Shown piece after piece: positions 14,895-23,873 of a stretch of 24,650 nt of DNA. Position 1 is the stretch's first letter, and each line of letters starts with the position of its first letter. Where the stretch lies: contig CAMFEN010000001.1 of the NCBI GenBank assembly GCA_945949375.1, positions 1-24,650 of the forward strand, given 5' to 3'. Source of the stretch: an uncultured Bacteroidales bacterium. Lineage in GTDB: Bacteria; Bacteroidota; Bacteroidia; Bacteroidales; Paludibacteraceae. Under the pieces are notes generated by a model. The model worked only from the letters and a program-made list of their open reading frames with translations. It did no database searches and was not told where the DNA came from. The translations under genes and the position numbers were made by a program.

Positions 14895-15601
14895 TCGTTT
14901 CGCCTATATATGAACATCTGCGTTCTTGGATAGAGACCATCCCACAATCATTCAGCACAATGGGAGAGGTCATATATAATGCCCGTAATCAGATACGCGT
15001 AGCAAAAGCTCCGGACGGAACGATAGTCAATATCAAACGCTATCATACACCCGCCTTTGCCAATAGGGTTATTTATTCCTATTTCCGTAAACCGAAAGCC
15101 GAACGAGCATATCGCAATGCTTTGCTCCTCTCGGATAAAGGTATTGCCACACCTACTCCCATCGGATATATCTTATGCGGAAATCATCTTTTAGCAGAGA
15201 GTTTCCTTATCACGCTGCAAAGTCCGCTTAAACGGAATTTCTACGAATTTCGGCATCATACCCTCGAAGGATATGAAGGTATCATACAACGGTTTGCGCT
15301 ATTTACCGCTGAGATGCACAAGAAAGAAATTTTACATTTGGATTACTCTCCAGGGAATATTCTCTTTGATGTGTTGCCGAATGGGGAAGTTGTATTTGCA
15401 TTAGTAGATATTAACCGTATGCGCATCGGGCATCCTATCTCACAAAAAGAAGCATGCAGAAGTTTTCGGCGGTTATGGGGAGAACAAAATTTTTTTGAGC
15501 TCTTGGGCAAAGAGTATGCAACCGCTCGAGGCTGGAACGAGCAGCAGACTTGTGAACTAATTATTCGCTATTGGAAACAATTTTGGAGAAATCGAAAATG
15601 A
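14885..15601 (+). CDS. Lipopolysaccharide kinase (Kdo/WaaP) family protein
   Basis: IKRY, KAERAY-x-NA, catalytic loop HLDYSPGNIL and LVDINRM. Likely start is the ATG at 14885, 238 aa. Confidence 0.88.
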   Translation: MQIIVSPIYEHLRSWIETIPQSFSTMGEVIYNARNQIRVAKAPDGTIVNIKRYHTPAFANRVIYSYFRKPKAERAYRNALLLSDKGIATPTPIGYILCGNHLLAESFLITLQSPLKRNFYEFRHHTLEGYEGIIQRFALFTAEMHKKEILHLDYSPGNILFDVLPNGEVVFALVDINRMRIGHPISQKEACRSFRRLWGEQNFFELLGKEYATARGWNEQQTCELIIRYWKQFWRNRK

Positions 15602-16482
15602 ATAATGTAAGTGTAATCATTCCCAATTTTAACGGGCAAATTCTATTGGCTGCATATTTGCCAACCGTTGATGCAGCCTTGCATAGTTGCCCAATAATTC
15701 AACAATATGAAATCATTATCGTTGACGATGCATCAACGGATGACTCCGTAGCATATATAGAACAAAATTGGCACACCATACGCATTATTCGGAATAAACA
15801 AAATAGGGGGTTTAGTTGTACCGTCAACAGGGGTATTCAGCAGGCCAAATATGAACTGGTCTGCATACTAAACACAGATATGCAACTACCGACCGATTAT
15901 TTTACAGTCTTGTTGCCCATGGTATCGCAACCCAATGTGTTTGGCGTAAATTGCGCTATTAAGGATCCTAAGACGAGCAAAATCGTAGAGGGACGCAAAC
16001 AAGCTATCATCCGGCACCATAAACTAACGTACAAAGACTTGTTGAGCGAGCAAGAAGAAGGGGAGACGATGTACCTATGTGGAGGTAACGCTCTTATTTG
16101 CAAAGAGAAACTAATCTCTTTGGGAGGTTATGATGAACTATTTAGCCCTTTTTATTTTGAAGATATGGATTTATCTCTTCGTGCCAAACAGCAAGGTTGG
16201 ATTTCTCTATATACTGCCCGCACCTCCTGTGTACACCAACATGCTGCTACCATTGGAAAAACTTTTACAACGGAACAGGTAAAAGAGATTTTTCTGAGAA
16301 ATCGTGTATATATCAACCTGCGTTATCTTACTGGCATCACACGTGTTCTATTTCTGCTGTCTGCGTATTTTCACGCTCTAAAAGAGAAGGTATTTCGGCT
16401 TCCTTTGAGCCCATATAAGAAAGCTCTTTTCGGTTGGAATGCCCGCAAGAACGTTGAAAGAGCAATAATACCACCGCAATAA
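15598..16482 (+). CDS. Glycosyltransferase family 2
   Basis: SVIIPNFNG, IIVDDASTD, NRGF...VNRG, LNTD and GGYDE-x-F...EDMDLS motifs. ATGA overlap with the kinase stop; 294 aa. Confidence 0.92.
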   Translation: MNNVSVIIPNFNGQILLAAYLPTVDAALHSCPIIQQYEIIIVDDASTDDSVAYIEQNWHTIRIIRNKQNRGFSCTVNRGIQQAKYELVCILNTDMQLPTDYFTVLLPMVSQPNVFGVNCAIKDPKTSKIVEGRKQAIIRHHKLTYKDLLSEQEEGETMYLCGGNALICKEKLISLGGYDELFSPFYFEDMDLSLRAKQQGWISLYTARTSCVHQHAATIGKTFTTEQVKEIFLRNRVYINLRYLTGITRVLFLLSAYFHALKEKVFRLPLSPYKKALFGWNARKNVERAIIPPQ

Positions 16483-17677
16483 ACTGAGGCTGTAAGTGAT
16501 CTCCTAATGGTTCGAACATCATTTGGATAAAAACTGCCAACAGAAAACACCATACGTATAGTCGATACTCTCGTTTTGGCATCATTACTACACTTACCAT
16601 AAAAAATACCAACACCAACAAACCGATTATTCCGAACTCAATCCATTCTGTCAAGAATGTATTGTGAGGGTGGTGTGTCATCATACTTTGTCCGACAACA
16701 GCAAAATCAGGAATAGACAATAATCCTCTGATAAAATTGTTATAAGTGTTTTCGTCTTGATACATTTGCTGCAAATAATCGCTGCTGAAAGTAGAAACAC
16801 CATATCCTAAAATCGGTTTTTCTGCTATCTTTTGCAAAGAATATTCCCATACAACCAGTCTCGGATTGTGAAGCATTACATCCATATCCAAACGTGGATT
16901 GGCGAGAAACAAAATAGAGACTACAAAAAATACTATTGTCAGAAGAACATATAGTACTTTCTTGTTATGATATTTCGTAAAATAAGAGGTTGATACAATT
17001 AAAAGAATCAATAGGGCAGAAAGAAATCCGGACCTGCCAACAGATAGTATAACGTACGAGAATAATAGCAGCAAGACAATAGGCAATGCGACTTTCACAA
17101 CTTTTTTATCTACCGTTCTCAAAATATACACACCCAAAATAATAGTCGTATTTATGTATAAATTGACCACCATATGCGAGTTGATATATTGCGCACGAAC
17201 GTTATTGTATAGGATGTAGTCAAAATTCAAGACTCCATATTGTGTAAAATAATAGTAGGTATTAACAATCAGCATATATATGCTAGTCAGCAACATCGCA
17301 TAACCGGCATACTTCAACTTAAGTTTGTCCGAAAAGCCGAGGCATCCCACCACTCCTATGATTGCAAACGCTGTATGTCTATTCAACTGATGATAATAAT
17401 ACTCTGTCGGTGCAGTAGTATCCCAAAGTTGCCACAATGGTATCATGATGAACAATAGGAACATGCTTATATACATATAATTGTCCCTATTCCAACACAA
17501 ACATTTCCAACGTTTATTCAACAAATAATCCAATACATACCCTATAGATGCAATATATAAGGAAGTACGTTGCCAATGCCCATAACTAAAAGGCATGGAC
17601 ATCAGCCATAATAACAAACCCACTATCGGACTATAGGAGATTATTGTTTTTACCGAATTCCACCATCTACTATTCAT
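16337..17677 (-). CDS. O-antigen ligase/polymerase (Wzy_C)-family membrane protein
   Basis: Many hydrophobic segments, LSVGRSG, PRLVVW...KPILGYG and HPHNTFL...EFGIIG motifs. Likely start is the ATG at 17677, overlapping the upstream GT4 stop; 446 aa. Confidence 0.85.
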   Translation of the reverse strand: MNSRWWNSVKTIISYSPIVGLLLWLMSMPFSYGHWQRTSLYIASIGYVLDYLLNKRWKCLCWNRDNYMYISMFLLFIMIPLWQLWDTTAPTEYYYHQLNRHTAFAIIGVVGCLGFSDKLKLKYAGYAMLLTSIYMLIVNTYYYFTQYGVLNFDYILYNNVRAQYINSHMVVNLYINTTIILGVYILRTVDKKVVKVALPIVLLLLFSYVILSVGRSGFLSALLILLIVSTSYFTKYHNKKVLYVLLTIVFFVVSILFLANPRLDMDVMLHNPRLVVWEYSLQKIAEKPILGYGVSTFSSDYLQQMYQDENTYNNFIRGLLSIPDFAVVGQSMMTHHPHNTFLTEWIEFGIIGLLVLVFFMVSVVMMPKREYRLYVWCFLLAVFIQMMFEPLGDHLQPQFIAVVLLLFQRSCGHSNRKELSYMGSKEAEIPSLLERENTQTAEIEHV

Positions 17678-18713
17678 CTTTTCTATATATTGTAAGGTAT
17701 TTTTGAACATGATGCTCCCATGAAAACGAGGTAGCATACTGAAATGCAGTCTCTTGTTTCTCTGTATTGTTTTGAATAGTTCTCTCTATTAACTCTGCCG
17801 ACTCCTTAGGCGGATAGCCTTTCTCAAAGAATTGCACATGCGTTCCTCCTATTTCTATCAAACTGGTCTCTTGAGAACAAATCACGGGCTTTCGGAATAA
17901 CATGGCTTCTACAATAGGCAACCCGAACCCTTCAAACAAAGACGGAAATACAAATGCAGCACAGTGGCGATAAAGCCACACTTTTTCTTCCGGCGATACC
18001 AATCCCAACAAATGGACATTCTGAATACCTTTTGTAGCTATACTCGCACGTATTCGGTCGGCATATTCCGTATGGTCATTGCCGGCAATGTATAGTTGGT
18101 ATTGCGGCAAGTACTGCATCATATCAAGCAGTACATAAAAATTCTTTTTTTCTTTGCACTCGCCTATCGTAAATAAGTACGGCTTTTGTGGGTCAACCTG
18201 CGCCGGAATATGCTCCTGCTGCAAATCAATACGTTCTATACCATTGTAAATCAAGTCAATGGACTTCTTGCCCGTTTGCAAATATCGTTTTGTTTCCTGT
18301 CGGGCGAACTCGGATATACATACTATCTTATCGGCTCTATCTGCTTTCTTCTGTATTTTTTTCAGATACTGTTCCACTTTTCTCCCCCGCTTTTCATACA
18401 CAAAGTTGAAATCATGGATTGTCAGGATATACCGCTTTGCAAATGGTCGATAGCGCGATAATTGGTGTATAGCATGCCAAACGTCGAAACGCTTACCTAT
18501 CAACCATGGGAAAACACGATATATCTTGTGCGCTACGATATATTTGACTTTGTCGCCGAAGGCTCCTACGAATTGGGATGGCACAAGTAGATAAATTTGC
18601 TCATCCGATTGAGGAATATACGTATCACGAAAAAAATAACCGTAATTGAGTGCCACTTGCCCTAAACCACAATGCACATTTTTCAATATAGACAAATCAA
18701 TCAGTATTCTCAT
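17670..18713 (-). CDS. Glycosyltransferase family 4
   Basis: TIHD, ISEF, KKNF and FPSLFEGFGLPIVEAM (E-x7-E motif). Confidence 0.93.
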   Translation of the reverse strand: MRILIDLSILKNVHCGLGQVALNYGYFFRDTYIPQSDEQIYLLVPSQFVGAFGDKVKYIVAHKIYRVFPWLIGKRFDVWHAIHQLSRYRPFAKRYILTIHDFNFVYEKRGRKVEQYLKKIQKKADRADKIVCISEFARQETKRYLQTGKKSIDLIYNGIERIDLQQEHIPAQVDPQKPYLFTIGECKEKKNFYVLLDMMQYLPQYQLYIAGNDHTEYADRIRASIATKGIQNVHLLGLVSPEEKVWLYRHCAAFVFPSLFEGFGLPIVEAMLFRKPVICSQETSLIEIGGTHVQFFEKGYPPKESAELIERTIQNNTEKQETAFQYATSFSWEHHVQKYLTIYRKDE

Positions 18714-19816
18714 AATGTATCGTAAATTTCCAATAAGTGACGGGCAACCTCATCGTCCGTAAATTTCTGACTTTGTTTATATCCCGCTTGTATCATCTGC
18801 GCCCGTAAGTTGCTATCCGCCAACATCATAGCCAACTGCTTTCCTATCGTCTCCACGTCATTCGGATCTGCATATAGAGCCGCCTGACCTCCCGTTTCTT
18901 CAAAACAACTGCCCGTTGATGTCAGCACGGGTGTTCCTACGCACATAGCCTCTAAAATAGGGATTCCAAAGCCTTCGAATACAGACGGATAAACAAACAC
19001 CTCCGCCCCCTTGTATAATGCAGGGAAGTCCGTAAACGGGATGCCGTGCAAGAAATAGATTTCTTGATGGCATTGTATAGACAACTGGCGCAAGGTCTCC
19101 CCATACTTGGATGGAGCACCAACATACACCAAAGGGACATCTATGTGTGCGCTTTCCATAGCCAGTTGCAGATTATATAGGTTTTTGCGACGCTCTAACG
19201 CACCCACATAAAGCAGATATTGATCTGGTAAACAATACTTAGATCGAACCGCTTGTACTTCCTCTTTAGAAATCGGTTTGCGAAATTGGTTATTGCAACC
19301 TTGGTAAACCACTCGTATCTTTCTTTCATCCGCGTGAAAATAGGTTATTATGTCTCGTTTGGTCTGCTCTGAGATAGCAATAATCACATCAGCGTGCGCG
19401 CAAGCATATCGCACCTTGTTTGCAAACAAATGCCTATAACCTATGCTATATAATTCCGGATAGCGCATGAATATCGCATCGTGCATCGTTACAATCGTTT
19501 GAATACCTGTACGTTGGATACCGATTGGCAGTTCGCCAGACAAACCATGATATATGTCCACATGATATTGTTGCAAGGATGTCAAACAACCACGCATTCT
19601 CCATAGATCGGGAAAATACCTCCACATACCTTGTGGGGAAATGGTGGTACCGAATTGTGGAGAAAAACGGGCAGAGGGAATTCCGCAATAGAAGTACTCA
19701 TTCTGCGAAGCATAGGCAGAAAGCAATCGGATAGTGTCTCGACTATAATTGCCAAGCCCGCGAGCATTGGCAAAAGCTCGTTTGGCATCAAAGGCTATTC
19801 GTTTGGGCTTGTCCAT
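18710..19816 (-). CDS. Glycosyltransferase family 4
   Basis: IAFDAKRAF-x-N-x-RGLGNYSR, TMHD, ISEQTK, RKN and YPSVFEGFGIPILEAM. Confidence 0.93.
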   Translation of the reverse strand: MDKPKRIAFDAKRAFANARGLGNYSRDTIRLLSAYASQNEYFYCGIPSARFSPQFGTTISPQGMWRYFPDLWRMRGCLTSLQQYHVDIYHGLSGELPIGIQRTGIQTIVTMHDAIFMRYPELYSIGYRHLFANKVRYACAHADVIIAISEQTKRDIITYFHADERKIRVVYQGCNNQFRKPISKEEVQAVRSKYCLPDQYLLYVGALERRKNLYNLQLAMESAHIDVPLVYVGAPSKYGETLRQLSIQCHQEIYFLHGIPFTDFPALYKGAEVFVYPSVFEGFGIPILEAMCVGTPVLTSTGSCFEETGGQAALYADPNDVETIGKQLAMMLADSNLRAQMIQAGYKQSQKFTDDEVARHLLEIYDTL

Positions 19817-21762
19817 TGGTTTGCTACTGCTTTTATGTTTACTAACTGATGTTGTACTGCATATTTTCTCATCTTTTCTAATCGCGTATACTCCATTACG
19901 CTTCTTTCTTGTTCCGTTGGCAGATGATAGAGATATTCTTTTTGAGTGTTTATGCTATAACTATATAGCCACTCCCCATCGCAACAACCTAAATGGTCAT
20001 TATTGACGAAATATGCATATTCTCTATTTTTCTTCAACAGATCAATACCCATCGTATTGTCTGTGTATGGAAGACCTAAAATACTTAACAAGGTAGGCGC
20101 AATGTCTTGTTGTTGAGCTGGAGAAGAAATAATGGTATCCCTCAAATCTTCCGTCACAAAGAAACAAGGAACGGTATTGTATTGCAAGTTATAATCGTAG
20201 GGGGTAGAAACTGGATTTCCATGGTCTCCTACCAAAACAAACAATGTATTCCTGCCCCATTCCGTTTGCTGTGCTTGCTGCATAAATTGTCGCAGCGCGT
20301 CATCCGCATAGGCAATAATCTGCTGTTCTTCATTAGCACCCATCGGGCGATACTTATCGGGAATAACAAAAGGTGTATGGTTGCTGACCGTGAGAAAAAG
20401 TGCAAAAAAGGGTTGCCCTGTGGTGTCTGCTCGTTGCTGCAAGTAATCCAGACCATACGAAAACATATAGTCATCCGGCACGCCGAAATTGTTCACAACC
20501 TTGTCTGATGGATAATCATAGAGCGAGAAGATATGTTCAATACTATTATCATAGAAAAAGGAGTTCATATTATCGTACTGCGGATTACCAGTCACGAAAA
20601 CAAAAGTGCTATATCCGTTTTGTTTTAGTGCAAACGGCAATCCCATATACTGATGGGAAGGCACTGTCATAGTGGTTTTGGCAAAGTTTGGACCATAGCC
20701 ATACAACGTAGCCGTAATACCATTGTTGGTATGTACACCTGCAGAATAAAAATTACTGAAATACAAGGAACGATCCCTTAGTGCAGCCAAATAAGGTGTA
20801 ATATGCTTTCCTTGGTAAGTCTCCTCCAAATGGGCAGTACTCATTGATTCCATCAGTATGACCACTACATTGCGTTTCCCAAATCCTTCTTTTGCCGCAA
20901 TATGACGTACTAATGGATGAAAAGAGTCAGTTACTTGCATATCTAATTCTTGTTGCACTGCGGCTAATGCTTCTTGTTCATCTATCTGCAATAGCACTGG
21001 TAGGTCTTCCGATGTATATTCCGCACTTTTAATGATATTAAAAATAGGGTTAATACCCAATCGATTATAGAATGCATCATCACAAAAATAGGCAAAACTT
21101 ACCCCCAACGGGTAACGCTGAAAACTACCCCTTATTCCGCAGAAACATACTCCGTACATTAGGATGCTTACACAGATAGCCGCCGCATAGTCCTTGCACG
21201 AAAGCACCGGCGTTGATTTATCTATGTGCCTCTCAAACAAACATACTATGCGCACCAATGCCCATAAGTATATCCCCACAAACGCGATAGCGATCAATAA
21301 GTAAGGCCAATTTCCCTTATCCCCAATCAGCATACCTGCTGTGTCTTTGGCAAAAGCGAACCACTCGGTAACGGAGATATTCAGATGATTATCAAAAAAC
21401 TGAAAATAACGCGTATTTGCTACTTCTACCGGCAATCCTATTGAATAGATCACCCCATAATAACCCCCTATTCCGCGCATCAATTTGCCTATTCCATAAG
21501 CATATTGCGAACGATGCGTAAATAACATGGTATATAGTGTGATACATAATAACGGCAAAGCGCTAACATAGCTGGCTATTAGGTTGTCAAACTTCACGCC
21601 AATAAGTAGAGCATGCCATGCCAACACCCCATCCACTCCCGAAGTCGGCATATTAGAGAAAAGCAGCAGCAAACGGCAGGCAGATAATGATACCAAACAC
21701 AAAAAGTGAATAGCCAAAACAAAACCTATATTTTTCAGCAGCTTACGTAACATATCTTTCAT
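19795..21762 (-). CDS. LTA-synthase-family (alkaline phosphatase/sulfatase superfamily) membrane phosphoester transferase
   Basis: N-terminal multi-TM domain, then NVVVILMES, putative catalytic Thr in SAGVHTNNG, TVSNHTPF, Y-x-D and LVGDHG motifs. Confidence 0.9.
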   Translation of the reverse strand: MKDMLRKLLKNIGFVLAIHFLCLVSLSACRLLLLFSNMPTSGVDGVLAWHALLIGVKFDNLIASYVSALPLLCITLYTMLFTHRSQYAYGIGKLMRGIGGYYGVIYSIGLPVEVANTRYFQFFDNHLNISVTEWFAFAKDTAGMLIGDKGNWPYLLIAIAFVGIYLWALVRIVCLFERHIDKSTPVLSCKDYAAAICVSILMYGVCFCGIRGSFQRYPLGVSFAYFCDDAFYNRLGINPIFNIIKSAEYTSEDLPVLLQIDEQEALAAVQQELDMQVTDSFHPLVRHIAAKEGFGKRNVVVILMESMSTAHLEETYQGKHITPYLAALRDRSLYFSNFYSAGVHTNNGITATLYGYGPNFAKTTMTVPSHQYMGLPFALKQNGYSTFVFVTGNPQYDNMNSFFYDNSIEHIFSLYDYPSDKVVNNFGVPDDYMFSYGLDYLQQRADTTGQPFFALFLTVSNHTPFVIPDKYRPMGANEEQQIIAYADDALRQFMQQAQQTEWGRNTLFVLVGDHGNPVSTPYDYNLQYNTVPCFFVTEDLRDTIISSPAQQQDIAPTLLSILGLPYTDNTMGIDLLKKNREYAYFVNNDHLGCCDGEWLYSYSINTQKEYLYHLPTEQERSVMEYTRLEKMRKYAVQHQLVNIKAVANQWTSPNE

Positions 21763-21783
21763 CCCTTGTAATTTCTATCGTGC

Positions 21784-22968
21784 TTATTTATCAAACAAGC
21801 CTCGTAATTTTCCATGCCTATGCCAAATACCATCCAGATTAAACCGCACGATTAACTGCTGCTGATGCTGCAGGTGGTATGTATCGTAGTGCATATTCCA
21901 TGAGAAATAGAAATTGACAAAACTGCTCCGATACAGATACACTATCAAATCTGTACGATTGTACAATCGCGACTGATAGAATGGGTCGCCTAAATTGAAA
22001 TAGGCGTTGCGCGAGAGGAAAGGTTGCAGATTATCGCCGTAATAGAAAGTATTTTTTAGCCCAAGAAACCACCAGCGAGCATACAACTCCACCAACATCC
22101 CTTGCGGGAAAAGGCTCTCATCGGTGGCTCTATCGCGCTCCCATTCAAAAATATAACCCACCTGCAAAGACAAGGAATCAAGCGGCGTGTAGGAACTAAA
22201 ATTGACCCCGACAAAGGCATTCAAGTTAATGTCGTCCATTACTGCCTCATGGTTGGGCGCAGCAAAGCCTGCTTTATGTTTTAGACTGAAAAGTCCGCCT
22301 GTCATCAGCCATTTGTACTGATACCGTCCGTCCAACACCAGCCGAAACATCTCGCGGCGTTCTGCTGTTTGGCTGCTTCGCCAGTCGCACATAAACTCCA
22401 CATAACCCCGTTTGTCGCGATATGACATCAACGCCCCCTGTATATTCGGATGCATATATACCAATGAGTCGTACATCACCCAATCCGGCAGCGGAGCAAT
22501 ACGATTCTCATAAGGGATGGCACCCATCCCCACATCGAAACCACGATACTGAAAATGGTAGTAGGCAGTGGGGGCTATGTGTATATCTCTCCAGTTGCCT
22601 CCCAACGGCTGTGTGTAGCGCACGCCCGCTACCATCTCATGCACACCGCCTGCTCTATCATTAATACGCACTCCTATTTCGGGTGACAGGCGGAAATTGA
22701 GCAAGGTTTGCGGAATCTGATAGGGAGCCTTGTACTCACGATTGTCAAAATATGTAGCAAAATCCACGTTGTAGATAAAACGCACTCTCTTTGCCTCCTC
22801 TGCGGCTCTGCGCTGCAACGAGATAGAATCTACCGCTACATAGCGCGGCGTTTTGGAATAACGCGTCCAAAACCCCGAGACGGCTACCGAATCCATAGCA
22901 TTCGCCCATGCACAAACACACAAGAGGAATACACCTGCCCATATTATCTTTAATTCTCTACCGCTCAT
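21784..22968 (-). CDS. Hypothetical outer-membrane (beta-barrel-like) protein
   Basis: 394 aa with a signal peptide, aromatic-rich alternating beta-strand pattern, DFATYFDNREY near the N-terminus and terminal strand LIVRFNL. No named family recognised. Confidence 0.7.
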   Translation of the reverse strand: MSGRELKIIWAGVFLLCVCAWANAMDSVAVSGFWTRYSKTPRYVAVDSISLQRRAAEEAKRVRFIYNVDFATYFDNREYKAPYQIPQTLLNFRLSPEIGVRINDRAGGVHEMVAGVRYTQPLGGNWRDIHIAPTAYYHFQYRGFDVGMGAIPYENRIAPLPDWVMYDSLVYMHPNIQGALMSYRDKRGYVEFMCDWRSSQTAERREMFRLVLDGRYQYKWLMTGGLFSLKHKAGFAAPNHEAVMDDINLNAFVGVNFSSYTPLDSLSLQVGYIFEWERDRATDESLFPQGMLVELYARWWFLGLKNTFYYGDNLQPFLSRNAYFNLGDPFYQSRLYNRTDLIVYLYRSSFVNFYFSWNMHYDTYHLQHQQQLIVRFNLDGIWHRHGKLRGLFDK

Positions 22969-23867
22969 TTCTTCAAGATATTTATTCCGTATGCCAATCC
23001 CACACGAACTTGGTGGAAAGGATAGTCCTTGATACCATACTGATACTCGGCAAAAGGTTCAAAGCCCTTGACATGCCCTGCCAAACGCGCCTTAATCGTC
23101 ATCGGTCTGTCGCCGTCTTTCTCCCAACCCACATAACCGCTCCATACCGCACGTAGCGACACGTACTCGGACTTAAGCAACATCTGCAACCCGTACATCA
23201 CCGCATCGTTCTGCCGCCCGTTGTCCGTTTGCCAGCAGAGAAAGCCCGCCGACCCCGCAAAACGCAACTCTACTTTCGCATCTTTTGCATCCGCATACGG
23301 AAAGGTCTTTCCTTTGCCGAAATACAACGACTTGCCCACGCTCATATCAAAGAAATAACCCGGGTTATCGTAGTATCGTGCTTTTTCGAAACTACCTCCG
23401 CTGGCGGTCTTTATCGCTGCGCGGAGCGTGATATCCGGCGCGTACTTGCGGGCTTTCAGCAGTTGAATATCCGTAGAGACATATACATCGCCCGCCTCAT
23501 GTCCCGCCATTGGTATGCTGTCCTGCAAGCGGCAGGTGTGTTGCCGCTCTGTGGTCATACTATACCATTCCTGCACCGGCATCCATAGCGTCAGGTTCAC
23601 CCGCTCTGTAAACAACGGGATATATGCCCGCGCAAACAGGTCTGCCGTCTTATCCCCTTCATAACCAAAGTAGCCATCTCCCGCTATTTCCAAGCGGAGA
23701 TGGCTCTGTGTGCGCCCGTCCAGCATCTCGGGTACAGGAAACGCATTCGGTCCGAAATACGCCGGCGCAATGCCCGTCGGCTCTCCCAAATCGGGGTGTG
23801 TTATCGGCACACGCGCCGACAGGGGCAACACCCACAAAAGCAGTATGTAGAGGACATACTTTCTCAA
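22965..23867 (-). CDS. Hypothetical outer-membrane (beta-barrel-like) protein
   Basis: 300 aa with a TTG start, signal peptide, PAYFGPNAFPVP, GDVYVSTDIQ, KTASG and a C-terminal beta-signal-like RVGLAY. ATGA overlap with the next gene. Confidence 0.72.
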   Translation of the reverse strand: MRKYVLYILLLWVLPLSARVPITHPDLGEPTGIAPAYFGPNAFPVPEMLDGRTQSHLRLEIAGDGYFGYEGDKTADLFARAYIPLFTERVNLTLWMPVQEWYSMTTERQHTCRLQDSIPMAGHEAGDVYVSTDIQLLKARKYAPDITLRAAIKTASGGSFEKARYYDNPGYFFDMSVGKSLYFGKGKTFPYADAKDAKVELRFAGSAGFLCWQTDNGRQNDAVMYGLQMLLKSEYVSLRAVWSGYVGWEKDGDRPMTIKARLAGHVKGFEPFAEYQYGIKDYPFHQVRVGLAYGINILKK

Positions 23868-23873
23868 AACGAC

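Noticed and set aside
13878-17737. ORF-track N-terminal extensions of GT9 (13878), kinase (14834), GT2 (15571) and ligase (17737); likewise mlaF (6168) and lptB (10087)
   Set aside because: Downstream ATGs give family-typical N-termini and stop/start coupling; the extensions run into neighbouring genes or repeats.
13313-21762. Invertible promoter or UpxY/ops-type control of the glycan genes
   Set aside because: No flanking inverted repeats around a promoter, no recombinase and no UpxY/UpxZ gene were seen, and the intergenic gaps are too short.
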